Counted from the whole stretch's first letter, positions 49,200-62,770 are shown. The stretch: DNA of 63,158 nt, filler included, from Dirinaria sp. TL-2023a (GCA_051941275.1; 2 parts of 2 records of this genome joined end to end with filler, not necessarily neighbours in it), one strand, 5' to 3'. The notes: generated by a model from the sequence alone, not told the origin. A program made the numbers and translations.

Positions 49200-49800
49200 A
49201 GTACATCATCTCTTCGGAACCTATCCAATGATAATCCTACTCTTTCCTCTTCCCCCCAGCTCCTTTCCCCTCAATCTCATGCATACTTCTCAGTTATCCC
49301 CTATGATCAAGCAATACTCTACATTCCCCTTCTTTTCCCTCCTCCCCCTCCAAAAGAATAAAATCCAAAAAAAAAAAGAAAAAGTAGCAGGAGAAGATAC
49401 TTTCAATAACCCCCGACGCAGGATATAATTCCGACTTAAAATAAGAAACCGCGCGGTTTTGGCGTCTGAAAAAGGCAAGGGTTTGTTTGTGTTGGCGGGG
49501 GAGGGGAGGGGGACGTTGTAAGATTTCTGTCTTTCTCGCGTGGTGTGGTGTGAATGGGATGAAGTCAAGGAGGGGGACTGAGGTTTTAAGATAAAGAATG
49601 ATTGTTACTACCCGGTTATGGTTGAGTTGGATATATGGGTAATAAATATGGATATGGTTGGGATGGTTAGATAGATGGAGTGGATGCGGAAGAGAGAGGG
49701 GAAGAGAGGAAGAAGGGAAGAGAGGGGGTTAAAAACTTTTTTCTGGTGGGTGGGGGATATGTATGTATTGGGGAGGACTTGCTGAGTGAGAAATTACCTG
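49200..49800. repeat. Low-complexity intergenic tract (pyrimidine-rich switching to purine-rich, with poly-A)
   Basis: CT-rich 49230-49350, A-run ~49367 and GA-rich 49680-49730, lying between convergent genes. Confidence 0.5.
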
Positions 49801-50171
49801 CGAATATGTTTTAATTGGTAAGATTGAGGAAAACAGTGTTATTGGTATCAGGATGGACATTCGTAGAAATACGCATGCATCGAGAACCGATAATGAGGAT
49901 AGTGGTAAAAAGCTAATAATAGTTGTACACTAAGGTACCTTACTTCTTGGTTTCAAAAACACACACCAAACAGAACTGGTTTTTGTTTTTGGGTTGCCCA
50001 TCATCCATGGTCCCCTTCCATCGACGCCCCGTTCCGCACCGTCTAAAAGTCCATTCGTTCAGGACTACCTACCTTATTGCTTTTTGATCCACCCCGCCCC
50101 TCGAAGCGTATGCAAAATCCGAAGCCCCCTTTCCAGGCGAATATTCCCCGAAGTGTAAGAAACGAAAGAGC

Positions 50172-51380
50172 TCACGTCTGCTGCCTCCTGCGCTTGCCGA
50201 CTTGGGCCGAGAAACCGGTCTTGATGGCCGTGACGCTGCGTCGGCTACGGCAGGAATTGCAAGTGACGAAGTAGAGCCGGTTTTCGCCCTTGCTGAGCTC
50301 CGTATCGTGCGATCGACACGTCTTGCATGCAACGTATTCGACTGAAGGGGCAGCGTTAATAGGAGTTGTCGAACGTCTGAAGATAGGGGAAGGGGAAGGG
50401 AGGGCTGCGCTTACCGATGTATCTTCGCAACACGTTCTCAATCTGTCTTTGCTGGAAGCGGCCCCTGATAACCAGACGTCGCGAGCCGTCCACACTTCCG
50501 CTGGTACCCAGCTCCGCGAACAGGAACTGTGTGACATGCTCATCCGTGCGCTTCATACGCTTGCATATGTCGGGGATGTTGGCGAAAATGGTTTTCTTGT
50601 TCCCTTCGCGAAGGCACTGCGGCGGCGGGATCTTGTAGCTCTTCGAGCCCCCGGACATCAGGTCGGGGTGGTGGTTATGGAGGAGGGTGAAGAAGCGAGT
50701 CAGCAGCTGCGGGTAGCTGATCGGTTGCGTGGCGTTGTGGCTCCAGATACCTGTTCCGAGCTCGAGGTCGCCTTCTTCCACAGGCTCTGCTTCGGCAGTG
50801 TCATCCTCCGCTGTGCCATTCCCGTTCATTCCCGCCTCTGCCAGTTTCGCGTCGAAGTCATCCGTATCGACGGTCTTGGTGGACTTCTTCTTCTTTTTCT
50901 TCTTCAAGGCAGTAGGATCGAACTCGCCATCTGCAGCTGGAGTCGCCTCATCGCCTGCTGATTTGTCCTCCCCATCCTTAGGCTTCTTGGACTTCTTCTT
51001 CTTGGCTAAGCCTTTGAACATGTCGGTCACCTCATCTACGGCTTTGTCGGACGTTACTGGTGCATCTGGCGCTGCTTCAATGGGTTAGCAATGTATATCG
51101 AGCCAAGCAAAAGGTCTTTCAGAACATACAAGCTGAGTGGCTCTCTGCAGAAGTCTTCTCCGTCGAACCATTGATCTCTGTCACTTTGCCTTGCCCATCA
51201 ACCAGCGTTGCGCCATCGCTGAAAGCCACTGATTTGCGCTGCTGCCGCTGCGGCGATACTGCGTCCTAAAGTGAGTTTCGAGTTAGCAAACCAGCTCCAC
51301 ATGCAACGATGTACGAGTATCGTTTCACTCCGTCTCGCTATTGCGGGCTTCAAAGAAAGGGCTCTTACAGAGTCTGCCAT
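50172..51380 (-). CDS. SUI3: Eukaryotic translation initiation factor 2 beta subunit, 4 exons
   Basis: MADS-...RKSVAFSDG, poly-Lys boxes, [34 protein letters not shown] and C-terminal Zn ribbon CKTC..CNSC. Confidence 0.97.
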
Positions 51381-51821
51381 GGTTTGGCAACGAGCTATGA
51401 GATTGTAACTCGCAACGATCTTCGAATTCGCCTTGAAATCTATAATTTCGATCTGGCAAGTCGAGGTTAGGGGTGGAGTTGAAGTGTGAGTAATAAGGTG
51501 ATGCAGTGACGGAAGGCGAAGGAGACTAAAAAGGGTAGGATGAGTCATCAATATTCTATCCCTAAGATTATTAATTCAATGACCCAATGAAAAAGTGAAA
51601 AGACTCTTCAGCCGCTTCGGCTTTTCATTCCGGCGCTTATGCCCACACCATTTTGGGATTAGGGAGATCCAACCTGTCGCTATTCACTATTCGGTGCTCG
51701 CGAAAAGACGAGCATCTCGTCGGCCACTCTCAAGGTCACTGCCCAGACTGCCATGTCTAGGCATGGCTATATTATCTAGACACTGTACTGAGCCGATCAG
51801 GATCGCCAGTCTCCAGTCGCC

Positions 51822-52871
51822 ATGGCGCCTTTGCCAGTCAACGATGTGTACTCGCTGAAGCGCAACGCGATCACCGCCGATCTTGATCTTCCACCAGCAA
51901 AGAGGCAGCATTTACGGCCAGCGCGGCATCACAAGCTATCATGGGTCCCTAATGAGGACATCAGATTTCAATCGTCACCTCAGAATGAGGAGTCCGCGCA
52001 GTTCCTGCTCACCCGATCGATTGCTTTGGCGTTGGAAGCCGTTGGCTTTGAGAGCGCGGACCCAGTAGCCATCGAGTCTTTTAGGGCCGAGACAGAAGAA
52101 TGTACGGCGCAAAGCTAGGATGAATGAGACTGTGCTTAGTTGACAATCTTAGACATCCTTCGCTTTTTAGCCCGTGTCCGCCAGTCCATGCTGCATTGCC
52201 GGCGCACCCAGCCCATACCTCATGATTTCCTTCAATCGCTACATGAACATCAACTTTCACTCCGATCTCTATTACCGCACCTCGATCCTCCCGTGACTGC
52301 TACAAAGTCGCAGTTCTCTCTCGCTCTTGAGTCACAATCGGCGGAGCAGCAAGAGCTACTATCAGCTCTCAATCCTTTTTTGAACGACAACTCTCAAGCC
52401 GGTACCAGAGTCTACATACCCAAGGGTTTCCCGGTGTTCCCCAGTGAGCACACCTACAAAGCCACGCCAGAGGTCCCCACTCGCGATCATGATCCAAGGC
52501 AGATACGAGAGCGAGCGACGGAGGAAGGTCGACTGGGAGAAGCCGCTTTGCGCCGACTTGTGAGCTCGCGGGCCGATGAAAGTTTGGCCGCAAGTGCTCA
52601 GAATCCTCGATCGGAAAAGAGTATGCGCGCAAGGCGAGACACGGCCTGGAAAGATGCGATGGACTCTATAGACACAAAGCCAGACAATGGCGACGCGGCA
52701 AGCCAATCTTCGCAAGATTGGTTGCATGGAGCGAAGGAAGCTCGGGAGGGCATCCCCTTTCGCTCCCGTGCCTATGTCAGCACAGAAGTCAATCCGGACA
52801 AGAAGTACTGGAGAAAATCTGCCCTCTCAGCACCGGCTAGAGTGCATGAGGGCAACAACGCTGTTAAGTAA
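51822..52871 (+). CDS. TAF8: TFIID subunit 8-like (Bromo_TP histone fold + TAF8 C-terminal motif), intron ~52102-52152
   Basis: LLTRSIALALEAVGF...ESFR...RRTQPIPHDF, then YIPKGFPVFPSEHTYKATP and ERATEEGRLGEAALRRL. Confidence 0.85.
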
Positions 52872-53141
52872 TTGTATAAAAAGTAAGACGGAAGCCCAGA
52901 TGGGAACTCTCGCCTCGAGAGTATGGCCATACCGACACAGGCATTGCAGGGAGTTTGGCATAGCGAACATGATACCCAAGGCAGGAATAAGTTAGGTTTG
53001 GATTTAACAACGTCTAAATGACCGCTAGTAATACTACTCTCTAATTTGGGTGGTGATTTCCCGTGAGCCAAAATGATCTGATTGTAAATTGGTATGCTTT
53101 CGAAGCGAATTCCGATGCGCAGCACTCAAGCAAACGTTCCC

Positions 53142-53473
53142 TCATCTATTTTCTCCTTCCCATGCTGTAGTCTCGACCGTAAGATTGTCCTTGCATCTAG
53201 ATCATGGCTGCTCAGCATGTGCATAAGTAGTGCCGTCGAATACAGAAGCGGGGGAATCCACCTTCTGAAAAGCCGAACTATGGGGTAGCATCTGACGGGA
53301 TTCTTTGACCGCCTGCTCTGCTCGCCCTCAACCACGCACGAATACTGCACCATCTCCAACAGTTCGCACTTCCTTAGATCGATATCGCCGCCCTTTCTTC
53401 GCTTTCCTTGAGGTGTTGCCTGGACACGGTATGGTAGTTCGGAGGCGGGGAAAGCTTCGACCGGAGGAGCCAT
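53142..53473 (-). CDS. SOM1: Mitochondrial inner membrane peptidase accessory subunit Som1, 2 exons
   Basis: MAPPV...CELLEMVQYSC...CYPIVRLFRR, then after the intron CKDNLTVETTAWEGENR*. Confidence 0.88.
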
Positions 53474-53586
53474 TGTTGGTTATGGCTTGGGCATGTATCG
53501 AGATTGCAAAAATCTAACGAGAAGGAGAAGGAATGTACAATGGTGTTGGGTTCATACAACGCAATTTCGAAGATTGAGGCCTGAGG

Positions 53587-54907
53587 ATGAGCGCAGGGGC
53601 TTTGGGTGCTGAACTTCTCTCAGAGCTCAAGGAACAAAGGCTTGACCAGGTGTGCGAGTCTCATATATGATAACTAGTCTCCCATGCCTCAACACAGCTC
53701 AAAAGCTGACGCAAGTCTTTAGTTCCTTTACGAATTACGCGCGCTCAGACTCTCGAGATCTAGATATCATGTTGGTGTTCCTGCCATTGACGAACTTATT
53801 GACATCTTCACTCCGTCAATTAATGTGCAGCGTCTGCAAGCTCAACATTCGACCCAATGGATCCCGGCAGCTCACACAGGCGCGCGTCCACGAAAGACAT
53901 ACCCAGACGTCAGAGCGCCGGTCATAGAACTCACAGGTGTGACATCGTGCCCGGGCAAATCTCAGTTGCTCTACTACATCCTTGCCACTATGATCCTACC
54001 CAAAATATTAAATGGCATTACTTTACCGGGCAAGGAGCGGGCAGTTGTTGTGCTGGACCTCTCTAGCGACTTATCGCTCATGAGACTGAACACAATGATG
54101 GAACATCTAGTCCGCGGTTCACCAGCGTCGGCAGAAATAGCCATTCAAGATCACGACGCAGCAGCTCTCGCCAAGCAGAGTTTGCAGCATTTGCACGTCT
54201 TTCGCCCGCAATCGCACCCTTCTCTACTGGCGACGATAGCGGCCCTACCATCTTACTTTTTCTCGGACACGACCTCTCATTATTCCGCCAATCGTCAAGT
54301 TGGTGCCATCGTGATTAACAGTCTCAGTGCCTTCTTCTGGCAAGATCGGCAAGATGCTGAAGAGCAGAAGGATGCTGCACTCATCGAGCCTAGTGCAATG
54401 GCGCAAGACCAGAAAGCTAATGTTTATCTCACACGCGGGCATACCCTGGTAAAGTCACTCAGTGAAGTTCAGCAAACCTTCGATTGCCCCATAATTGCTA
54501 CCAATTGGGCGTTAGCATCACCCGCGTACTCGAACAGTGGCTCGAGCCTTCGCCCGCATTTGCCGGCCATCTGGGCCAATTTCTGTACTTTCAACATCGT
54601 GCTTCAGCGAAACAGCGTCAGGAAGTTCGGGCCAGGTCTGAGCGTTGAAGAAGCATTGGCCGAGAAAGATCAAAGGCAGGAGGCAGTTGACGGTAGTGGC
54701 TTCACTGGATGGGTGAATTGGTGGAATGGTGAAACATGGAAGGAAGAACTCAGGACAGCAGTCAAAGCCTGGAGCAATCGTGGAGGCTTACAATTTGCAG
54801 TCACTGACAAATGCGTGGTACTCGACAAGGATCAATGGCGCCTCTTCCATACCCCGAGCCATATGTCCAATACACTCAATACATCATATTCCCACCACTG
54901 GCGCTAA
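53587..54907 (+). CDS. XRCC2: Rad51 paralog, XRCC2-like; exon 1 53587-53649, exon 2 from 53723
   Basis: MSAGALGAELLSELKEQGLDQ, Walker-A-like VIELTG...GKSQLLY, GKERAVVVLD, LHVFRPQS and degenerate Walker B IVINSLSAFFW. Confidence 0.8.
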
Positions 54908-55664
54908 TCGCTTGCCCGGTGACCCATCTCGAGCTCTCCTCCGCCAGCCAGCCTACTATCTGCGCTATATCATCTGTACTCCCCAGTCGGTTCTCCATCG
55001 GCGTGTTCTTCATCTGGTTCTCGACTATATCACTCGGAATGCCCTTGAGAACATCGGTTGGCACGGGGCCTGGGCAGACCGTGTTCACAGTATGCCCTTG
55101 AGTGCCAAGCTCAGCTGCATAGCATCGCGTCAGACCTTCGAGGGCGGCCTTAGAAGAGCAATACAACGAAAGATTTTTGAAACCGGAGCGTCCGCCAACG
55201 GAGCCGATGTTGACTATTCGTCCAGGAGACCGTAGGTGGCGAGCCACGGCTCCTGTCATGAGGATGACAGCTCGAACATTGAGGTCATAGACATACGAGA
55301 AGTCCTCAGGGGATATATCTTTGACGCCTCGAACCAGCTCGCAGCCTGCGTTGTTCACTAGGATGTCGATGTGGGGTCCAAACGCGTCAAGGGTGGCAGA
55401 GATGATTTGCTCGGGAGCAGATGCCTCGCGCAGGTTGGCGCAGACCTTGATGGCCGAGGAGGAGTTTCGAAGCGAGGCTATACTGGCTATCAAGTCATCT
55501 ATACCAGCTTCACTGCTCGGTGAAGTGTAGGTCAATGCGACTTTTGCTCCACGTCGTGCGAGCTCATATGCATTCTGCCAGCCTATGCCTCGGGAGGCGC
55601 CTGTGACGATAGCGACCTTGCCTTGGAGTGTTTGATGGCCATGGCGGGAAGCCATTTCGTCCAT
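54876..55664 (-). CDS. Classical SDR (3-oxoacyl-ACP reductase-like), 262 aa
   Basis: AIVTGASRGIG, DILVNNAG, YCSSK, VNTVCPGP, WVTGQ.I. Confidence 0.95.
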   Translation of the reverse strand: MDEMASRHGHQTLQGKVAIVTGASRGIGWQNAYELARRGAKVALTYTSPSSEAGIDDLIASIASLRNSSSAIKVCANLREASAPEQIISATLDAFGPHIDILVNNAGCELVRGVKDISPEDFSYVYDLNVRAVILMTGAVARHLRSPGRIVNIGSVGGRSGFKNLSLYCSSKAALEGLTRCYAAELGTQGHTVNTVCPGPVPTDVLKGIPSDIVENQMKNTPMENRLGSTDDIAQIVGWLAEESSRWVTGQAISASGGNMMY

Positions 55665-56229
55665 TTACTGAAGGAAAAGGAAGAACAAGCTTGGAAAAGT
55701 GGTTGCTGCACAAGCGACTGCTCACTTTACTTTACTGATTCGGAGCGGGGTGGAATTCGGACTTTAGTGCTTAACTTCGACTTGATAGACTTGATAGTGG
55801 ATATGGAATGGAGAATATCAGAAACATGACAGCCAGCTAACCACTCGTCCTTTATAACATGTCCGCTCATATGATCTGCCTCTTGATAGTCGAGATCGCA
55901 TTATGAAGCACATTGCATTCCGAGGTTTCACGGACCAGGTTGGCGACATTTACCCTTGAAGCCCCTGTAGAGAATTGATAAGGAGGCCGGCATTTCGGCC
56001 CGGCCGGGTTTCAGAAGAGAAGAAGCTACGGAGTTACAAGGCTTGAAGCCGTCACAGAGCATGGCTGTGCACATTCATCAGAATCAAAGTTCATACAACC
56101 ACAACCTCAAAACTCTCCTTTCCTACAAGTTCAATCGAATCCTATCCCTCTCTAGACGAAGTTGCGAGCATCTCCTAAGTCGTAGTTGAACTCGTACCAT
56201 CTTGAAGGAAGAAGCGCACCTCGCTGAAG

Positions 56230-57135
56230 ATGCCCAACATGGAGGAACAGACTGTGGCAATGACCAACCGCTCCCTTCGCACCATTCGAACGGTATGCAG
56301 AGATCCATGTCTTTCTCCTTCATCCTTCAAGAACCCACTGACGCAGAGCAGGAACTCGAATTCCTTGCTGATTCCTCAGTCATCACTCCTACTCAACTAT
56401 CGACCTTCCTGTCCCAACTACCCTCCCAAACACCTCTCCACGCTCCCCTTTCCTCCCCAGCTCCCACAGCCAACGGTATCTCTTCTCCACCGCCCGCGAT
56501 CCAGCTGGCGAACACCTCGCTCAACGAGAAGGCGAACGGCCACTACCAGCCTTCGCCCTCTCCTTCGCCCGCCCCTCCACCCGCTTACAATGCACCTCCC
56601 GTTGTAGCGTCGATAGCAGCTGCGTCGGCGCTGTACGAATACCGTCCATCTGATACGGGTGATCTTTCGATCATGCCTAATGACCGCATCGCCATCACCG
56701 AGTTCATGAACGCCGACTGGGCCAAAGGTCGGAATGAGCGGACAGGGCAGGAGGGGATTTTCCCACGCAGCTACGTGAATGTCATCGATGAGAAGGGTGC
56801 CATGGCGATGCAGCAACCTCCGCCGCCGACAGCGAGTAATTATGGGAATGTGCCCCTCGACGTGGCTCAGGGTGGTGGCTCAGGCGGAGGAGGCATTGCG
56901 GGCCGATTTGGTGGCATGGGCGGCGGAGGGGGAAATGGCCAGCCAAGCAAGATAGAGCAGGGTGGGAAGAAGTTCGGCAAGAAACTGGGGAATGCTGGTG
57001 AGTCCTACCTGTGTTGTTCACGGCTTTGCTATCTTAGGCTGTGTGTGGGAGATGTTATCACATACTGATGATGGTATAGCTATCTTTGGCGCAGGCGCTA
57101 CGGTTGGATCGAATATCGTGAATGGGATCTTTTAA
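56230..57135 (+). CDS. PIN3: SH3-domain protein of the Lsb1/Pin3 family, 3 exons
   Basis: MPNMEEQTVAMTNRSLRTIRT-ELEFL..., SH3 domain ALYEY...DW.KG...GIFPRSYV, and C-terminus KKFGKKLGNAAIFGAGATVGSNIVNGIF. Confidence 0.88.
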
Positions 57136-58445
57136 AAAGGCGAGGCCAGGCCCAGGTAGCAGGTGGATGCCACAATTCACAGGAGTTCATGAATGAAGTA
57201 CAGGGATATCAGGCATAGCATGTCTCTACACGAGACACACACTCTGGGGGCTGGGAGGCGAATATTTATGCAGCCACTGCTGGCGCTTCACGGGGTTTTG
57301 GATTATCAGCTACCTACATCTTACCTTAATTAATTGTCTGAATGCTGCAGATGGGTATCTTGGCACTTTGTTACTGATCAGTTCATCGGAATGGGCATCT
57401 CTCCTGATGATCCCTTTGCCAGGCGTTGAACCAGTGTCAGTACGTCATGGAAAGACTGAAGTGGTATGATTTCTTTTTGAAGCCTTGCGACGAGAGCACT
57501 TCCGGCATAATCATAATAATAATACATACCCAAGGTGGGCAAAGACTTTGGGCGGGTCTCAGATAGATACACCAAACCCGGAGCCCGGCGATCAGGGAGC
57601 CTATCAGGTCTGTCCGCCTAGGTGAGCGCTTCAGCTAGAATCGCTATCACCGAAGACGGTCAGCTTGTACCACCAACTCTGACACCTCCAGTGAAAGAAT
57701 CGCATCATTCGCATCATGTCTATCAGCGGAGAGAAGCAGATCTCGATGCTGATTATCGACAGACGCCCCGAAGAGGAAATGGTATTTGGGGTCAGGTGCA
57801 TATTGGAATCATGCACTAGGAAAGATTCAGGGTGGCTGGACTGTGTGGGACCGAATCAATCGCACCTGAAGGCTAAACTCCGGGCGAAAAGATAATGAAA
57901 TACGAGTGGGCGCTCAGACCCTCGAAGACCCTCCCAAGACCCAAGACCCTTTCAAGCCCCTGCCTGTCTCTTACTTTAGGTAGTCTTGGCCCCGGAACAG
58001 GTTCAACTGGTTGAAAATCATCGCATCATCTCATGATTCGCTTTTCAAATTCCAGTCTTTTTTTTTTCTCTCTTTCAGACTTGTGTTTCGTATTCCATCC
58101 TCAGTATCGTCAGCAAATCTGTCCTTTCCTCTTATCACTTCTCCCACCGCAATTCCATCGAGTATAATTTTTTCTATGCGACGCTGTGCTGCTCTCAGAG
58201 GGAGCTTTTTTTTTCTCATCCATCCAATCTGATTCGTAGGAATAATGATCAGGGTTCGAAAGTCAGACTCAGTGGCTGACAACCTGAACTAATCACTCGG
58301 AACTTCATAGCCGACAAGTCAAGATCAGTACTTCACATTACTTCTCACGACTTTCTTTTTATTTGTGTTCCCCATCATAATCTTCTCCTCACATTCTTTC
58401 TTTCTTCCGACTTCATTCTTCACGACATCCTCTTTTCATCCTACA

Positions 58446-60540
58446 ATGGTGAGTGCACTTCAACCTGTCAAAGTTCCGAGACCGATGGCAATCCATTCTC
58501 ATTGGCGCTATCAGAGATCCTCCATTTCTAAATCAGTGTATCCATCCAAGACATACCGCACGCCCAAGAAACGCACTCGCGGGGGCGGGCTGCTGAGCAA
58601 TCGGTCTGGCAAGTCCAATGTCTGGACACCTGAAGAACGCGCCGATCTTTTCAATCGCCGGCAGATAGGGGAGGACTGGGAGACGATTTGTAGGGTGCGT
58701 CTTCTGTCTTTTTGAAATAGCTGCTTGGTGTGAGTCTCTGTGGCTCATGAACAGCATAGGACTATCCGACACGTACACGTCATGCAATGCAGCAACAGTA
58801 CTCTGTAAGTAGGATCATGTTCCAGGATGTCTTCAACTTCATGAGAGCTGATGCTTTGATCCAAGGTTGAAAAACGCAAACATGAAGGTGTAAGTACTTA
58901 GTGGCTACTTGGTTCGAGAAACACGAGTGAATCATGACGCTAATGTCTAGCTGCACAGCCTACGCGATCCAAACTCGCACCGCGCCGTGGAACGCGAAAA
59001 CCCAGAGCAGTTCAGACTCGAGGCCATAATTGGACTTCGGTCAACAAGATGCCGCTCACATCTGACGAGGAGATGATAGACTACGAAGACGACCCTGACT
59101 CTCTGAAGCCAACTATGGTTCAGGATGACGACGGCGATACCGAGTATGAGGATATTAGCCATGCTGCCGAGGAGAGCAGTCAGCCGCCTGATGAGGAAGA
59201 AGATCCTGACAAAATCCTGAAAGTCAAAGATGTCCCAGTGAAAGTTGTTAAGATCAAGGTAGGCGCTTCTCAATTTGATTCTCGGCTCTTCGATTCAAAC
59301 CAGTATGGCAAAATACTACGTTATGGGAAGGAACGGTCCAGGCGAGGTCATAACGGCCCACCAGAGTAATCAAATTTTCCGTTGCATACTTGCCATTCCA
59401 GCTCTTAGCCGCATGACATCCCTCGACCGTCGCGGCGTTTGGAAGATTGAAGCTAATCAAGTATAGACACCTCGACCTGCCCCCCTCGCTCGAAGTGCCA
59501 CCGAGCCATCAGCGCGCCAGAAAGCCTCCAAGAAAAACATCTTCCCCAATCTCCCCGCTTCCGCAGGTCTCCCCTCTGCAGACTTTGAAGCAGTCGCAGA
59601 TCAACTCGAGCTCTCCAAGCGCAAAGCCAGCGCCGTTGAGTCTGATAATGAATCACGTTCATCATCGCACCAGAGCAAGCGACCGAAGTGCACCGCCGAC
59701 GCTTCAGAGGGGAATACTGCTGCGCCAAAGAGTCCGTACGCAGCACTCACAATGCCTGATCATGTCTTCACCACAGACGAGATCCTCAGGGCGCAGGAAC
59801 GAGCCAAAGAACTTGCTCAGATGTATCACAGTGAGATAACTGCACGCCGAGAGGCATTTGAAGGTGCACAGAAACGTGCATATCGACGTGCGAACGAAGC
59901 TGAACAAAAACTGGTCGAGGCCGGGAACGAGTATGCACTGAAGTTGAAATTTGAAAAAGAGGTCATTGCGAAGGACATGTCGCAGCTGAAGGCGAGTAAC
60001 GAAGAAAAGCAAGCAACGATTGAGGGGCTTGAGAAGGAAGTGGAAGCAGCAAGATTGGAGACTCAGAGTCTCAGAGAGCGGCCAAGTGCCGCAGATGATG
60101 AAGTTCAGCAGCGCCTCGCAGCTCAGGAATCCCAGCTCAAGCTTTACGACCAACTGCGCGCTTCGATGTCAACAGAATCGCAGAAACCTCGTGAAAAGAA
60201 AGACCAACATCAGCAATGTTCACAGGAATTCAATGCGAAGTACGATTCCCTAGCTGCCCTGATTGACAAACTGAACGCCGATTTTGAAGATATGAGCAAC
60301 AAGGCGATCGCACGAGCTCTAAAAGAGCTACAGGAAAGCAAAGATCAGCTATTGGCACAGAAGGTCCATTGCGAGAAAACGGCGCAGGAGATGATGGACG
60401 CGGTGGAAGGCTTTATTACGCCCTTTGCAGGAGAGAGACCCTCGGAGCCAAAAGTTGACAGCCCGAAAGCGGCGGAGACGGTGGACGTGGAATCGGAAGC
60501 TTCAAAGCCGAATGCGCAGTTAGAGGGTGCTTTGAAGTGA
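58446..60540 (+). CDS. Myb/SANT-like N-terminal domain protein with an acidic linker and C-terminal coiled coil, multi-exon
   Basis: WTPEERADLFNRRQIGEDWETICR-DYPTRTRHAMQQQYS. Intron 59259-59466 puts exon 59467-60540 in frame with ORF 59752..60540. Confidence 0.7.
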
Positions 60541-61343
60541 TGGGACGCATCATTGTGCTCGGCTCATTTGCAGTGACTCAGAGAAGGACAGATGGGGTAA
60601 CTGCAATACCACATCGTACCGTGGTCTAATTAAGGTAAAGGTACGTGAGGCACAGTGTCAGAATTGCTTTGCTCGTGCTCTACTCTTGTTGCAAAAAGCT
60701 AGGCTACTATCAGCAATTTGCCCTACTTAATCATTGAATTACATTGAGCGCTTTCGCCTTTCCTTGATCGTGTACTTGCTATGGCCTCACTTAGCATTTT
60801 GATATGAACTTTTGTATCCGTGCTATGATTATGAAGTGCTACGATGATGAAGAGCTTTCTACTTATGAAGCCTCTGATCAGTCACTACCTGATTTTGATA
60901 ATCCTTTCTCCCGTTTGCCACGATCTCTTACATTCTAGGGTTGGTAAACCCTAAGATACCTTAGCATCTGATGCCAAGCCCTAGTTAACCGCCGGGGATA
61001 TGCAAGAACCAACGACGAGCTCTCCTCCAAGCAGCTCTAAAGTATCCTTGGCCTGGCCTTTGCCGCCTTGGAGCAACCTAGAAACAGTCTGGCTTTATTT
61101 AGCAGCGGCTGGCCGTGCTGACCTCCTTATGGCTGACATTCTTATATGACGAAGCTCCGTCCCCGCGAACAAGCTTACAAGCCCTCTATGCTTACCTTAC
61201 TTCTGCCTTGACATCAGACACAACCTTAAGGTACCCTTGCTTTGACCAGTTGCTGTTCACTAGAGCGTTGTCCAGCTAGATTCGAGCGCTGAACGCAAGC
61301 TCAGCTGGAAAGAACTACACACTGCGCACAACAGCAACTGACA

Positions 61344-62770
61344 ATGGCTGCCCCTCCCCCTCCCAGCTACGGCCAGAGCACTCCTCCACCACAAGGCGGC
61401 TACTACCCACGTATGTACCAGAATCGCACTCACATCAAGGCATTGTTAATGAAATACAGCTCCTCCCACTGGTGGAAACTACCAACCACCAGGTACCTCC
61501 GCAACTCATCAAAGACGTGCACTCGACACATCTAATGCTGGATTGTAGGTCAATCCTACCCTCCGCCCCCCTCTCCAGGCTTCCCACCTCAACAATCCTA
61601 TCCACCACCGCCGAGTCAATACTCGCCGGCCAACCAAGGCTCGTATCCGCCACCACCTCAAACTCAGCAGCAATACGCAACCGACAACCGCCGAACCTCG
61701 ACCCAGCAACCTCTCCAATCTCCCGGCTTCAATCGAACCCCCGAAAAATCCCATGACCCTTTTGCTCAACAAGCTCTACCCAGTGGGCCAAAATACGCCG
61801 AGCAGCAGCCGGCCAGCGGGGAGAAGCCGTTTAACGCGGACCAGTCGTCGCAAATGCCCGGTGGAGCGCCGTCAGCTGCGCATTTCGTCGGCGTGAGCGC
61901 GACGCAGGATGACGTGGGGACATTCAATGGCGGGAGCTATAGGATCAGCCATCGGGATAGCAACACGATCTTGACGCTGCAGCTGGCGAAACTGTGTCCT
62001 CTACATGCCAAACCAGGTAAGCTTTCCCTTTCCACCTTCCAATTATCTATCGGATGGAAAATGCGTGTGGGTGCTGATGATTGGCATTCCCACAACCAGG
62101 CGTCATGATATCCATGTCCCCGACCGTAACCCTGCGGGGCGCCGTGAAATTCTCCATGAAGAAAATGATCACGGGGGGCGAGATGGCCACCTCGACGTAC
62201 ACGGGGCCTGGGGAGATCCTGATGGCACCGCCGTTCCTGGGCGACATGACCACGCTGCGGCTGACGGGGAACGAGACGTGGAACGTGGGGAAAGATGCCT
62301 TCATGGCCTCGACGCAGGGGGTGGTGAAGGAGATGAAGAACCAGGGGCTCAGCAAAGCCTTCTTCTCCGGCGAAGGGCTGTTCGTGTACAAGATCAGCGG
62401 CACGGGGATCATGTGGATCAGCAGTTTCGGGGCGATTGTCAGGAAAGATGTCCGTAATCCCCCCCTCTTCCCCAATTTTTTTTAAAAAAAAGAAGAAAAA
62501 AAATTCCCCTCGTCATGTAAAGTAGCTAACAACGCCCGGTTCTCGGATCAGCTCCAACCGGAAGAAAAATACATCATCGACAACGGGCACCTCGTCGCCT
62601 GGAACTGCAAGTACGTCATGGAGCGCGTCGCGAGCGGGGGGATTATTTCCGGCATCAGCTCCGGCGAAGGGCTGGTCTGTAAATTCACGGGGCCGGGCAC
62701 CGTCTTCATGCAGACACGGAACCCGGCCGCGTTCGCCATGTGGATGGGCGCGCATAGTGGGCAGGGTTGA
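61344..62770 (+). CDS. AIM24: AIM24 (DUF124) family protein with a P/Q/Y-rich N-terminal extension, 5 exons
   Basis: [23 protein letters not shown]...[10 protein letters not shown]...FSGEGLFV...SSFGAI...[11 protein letters not shown]...[21 protein letters not shown]. Confidence 0.93.
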
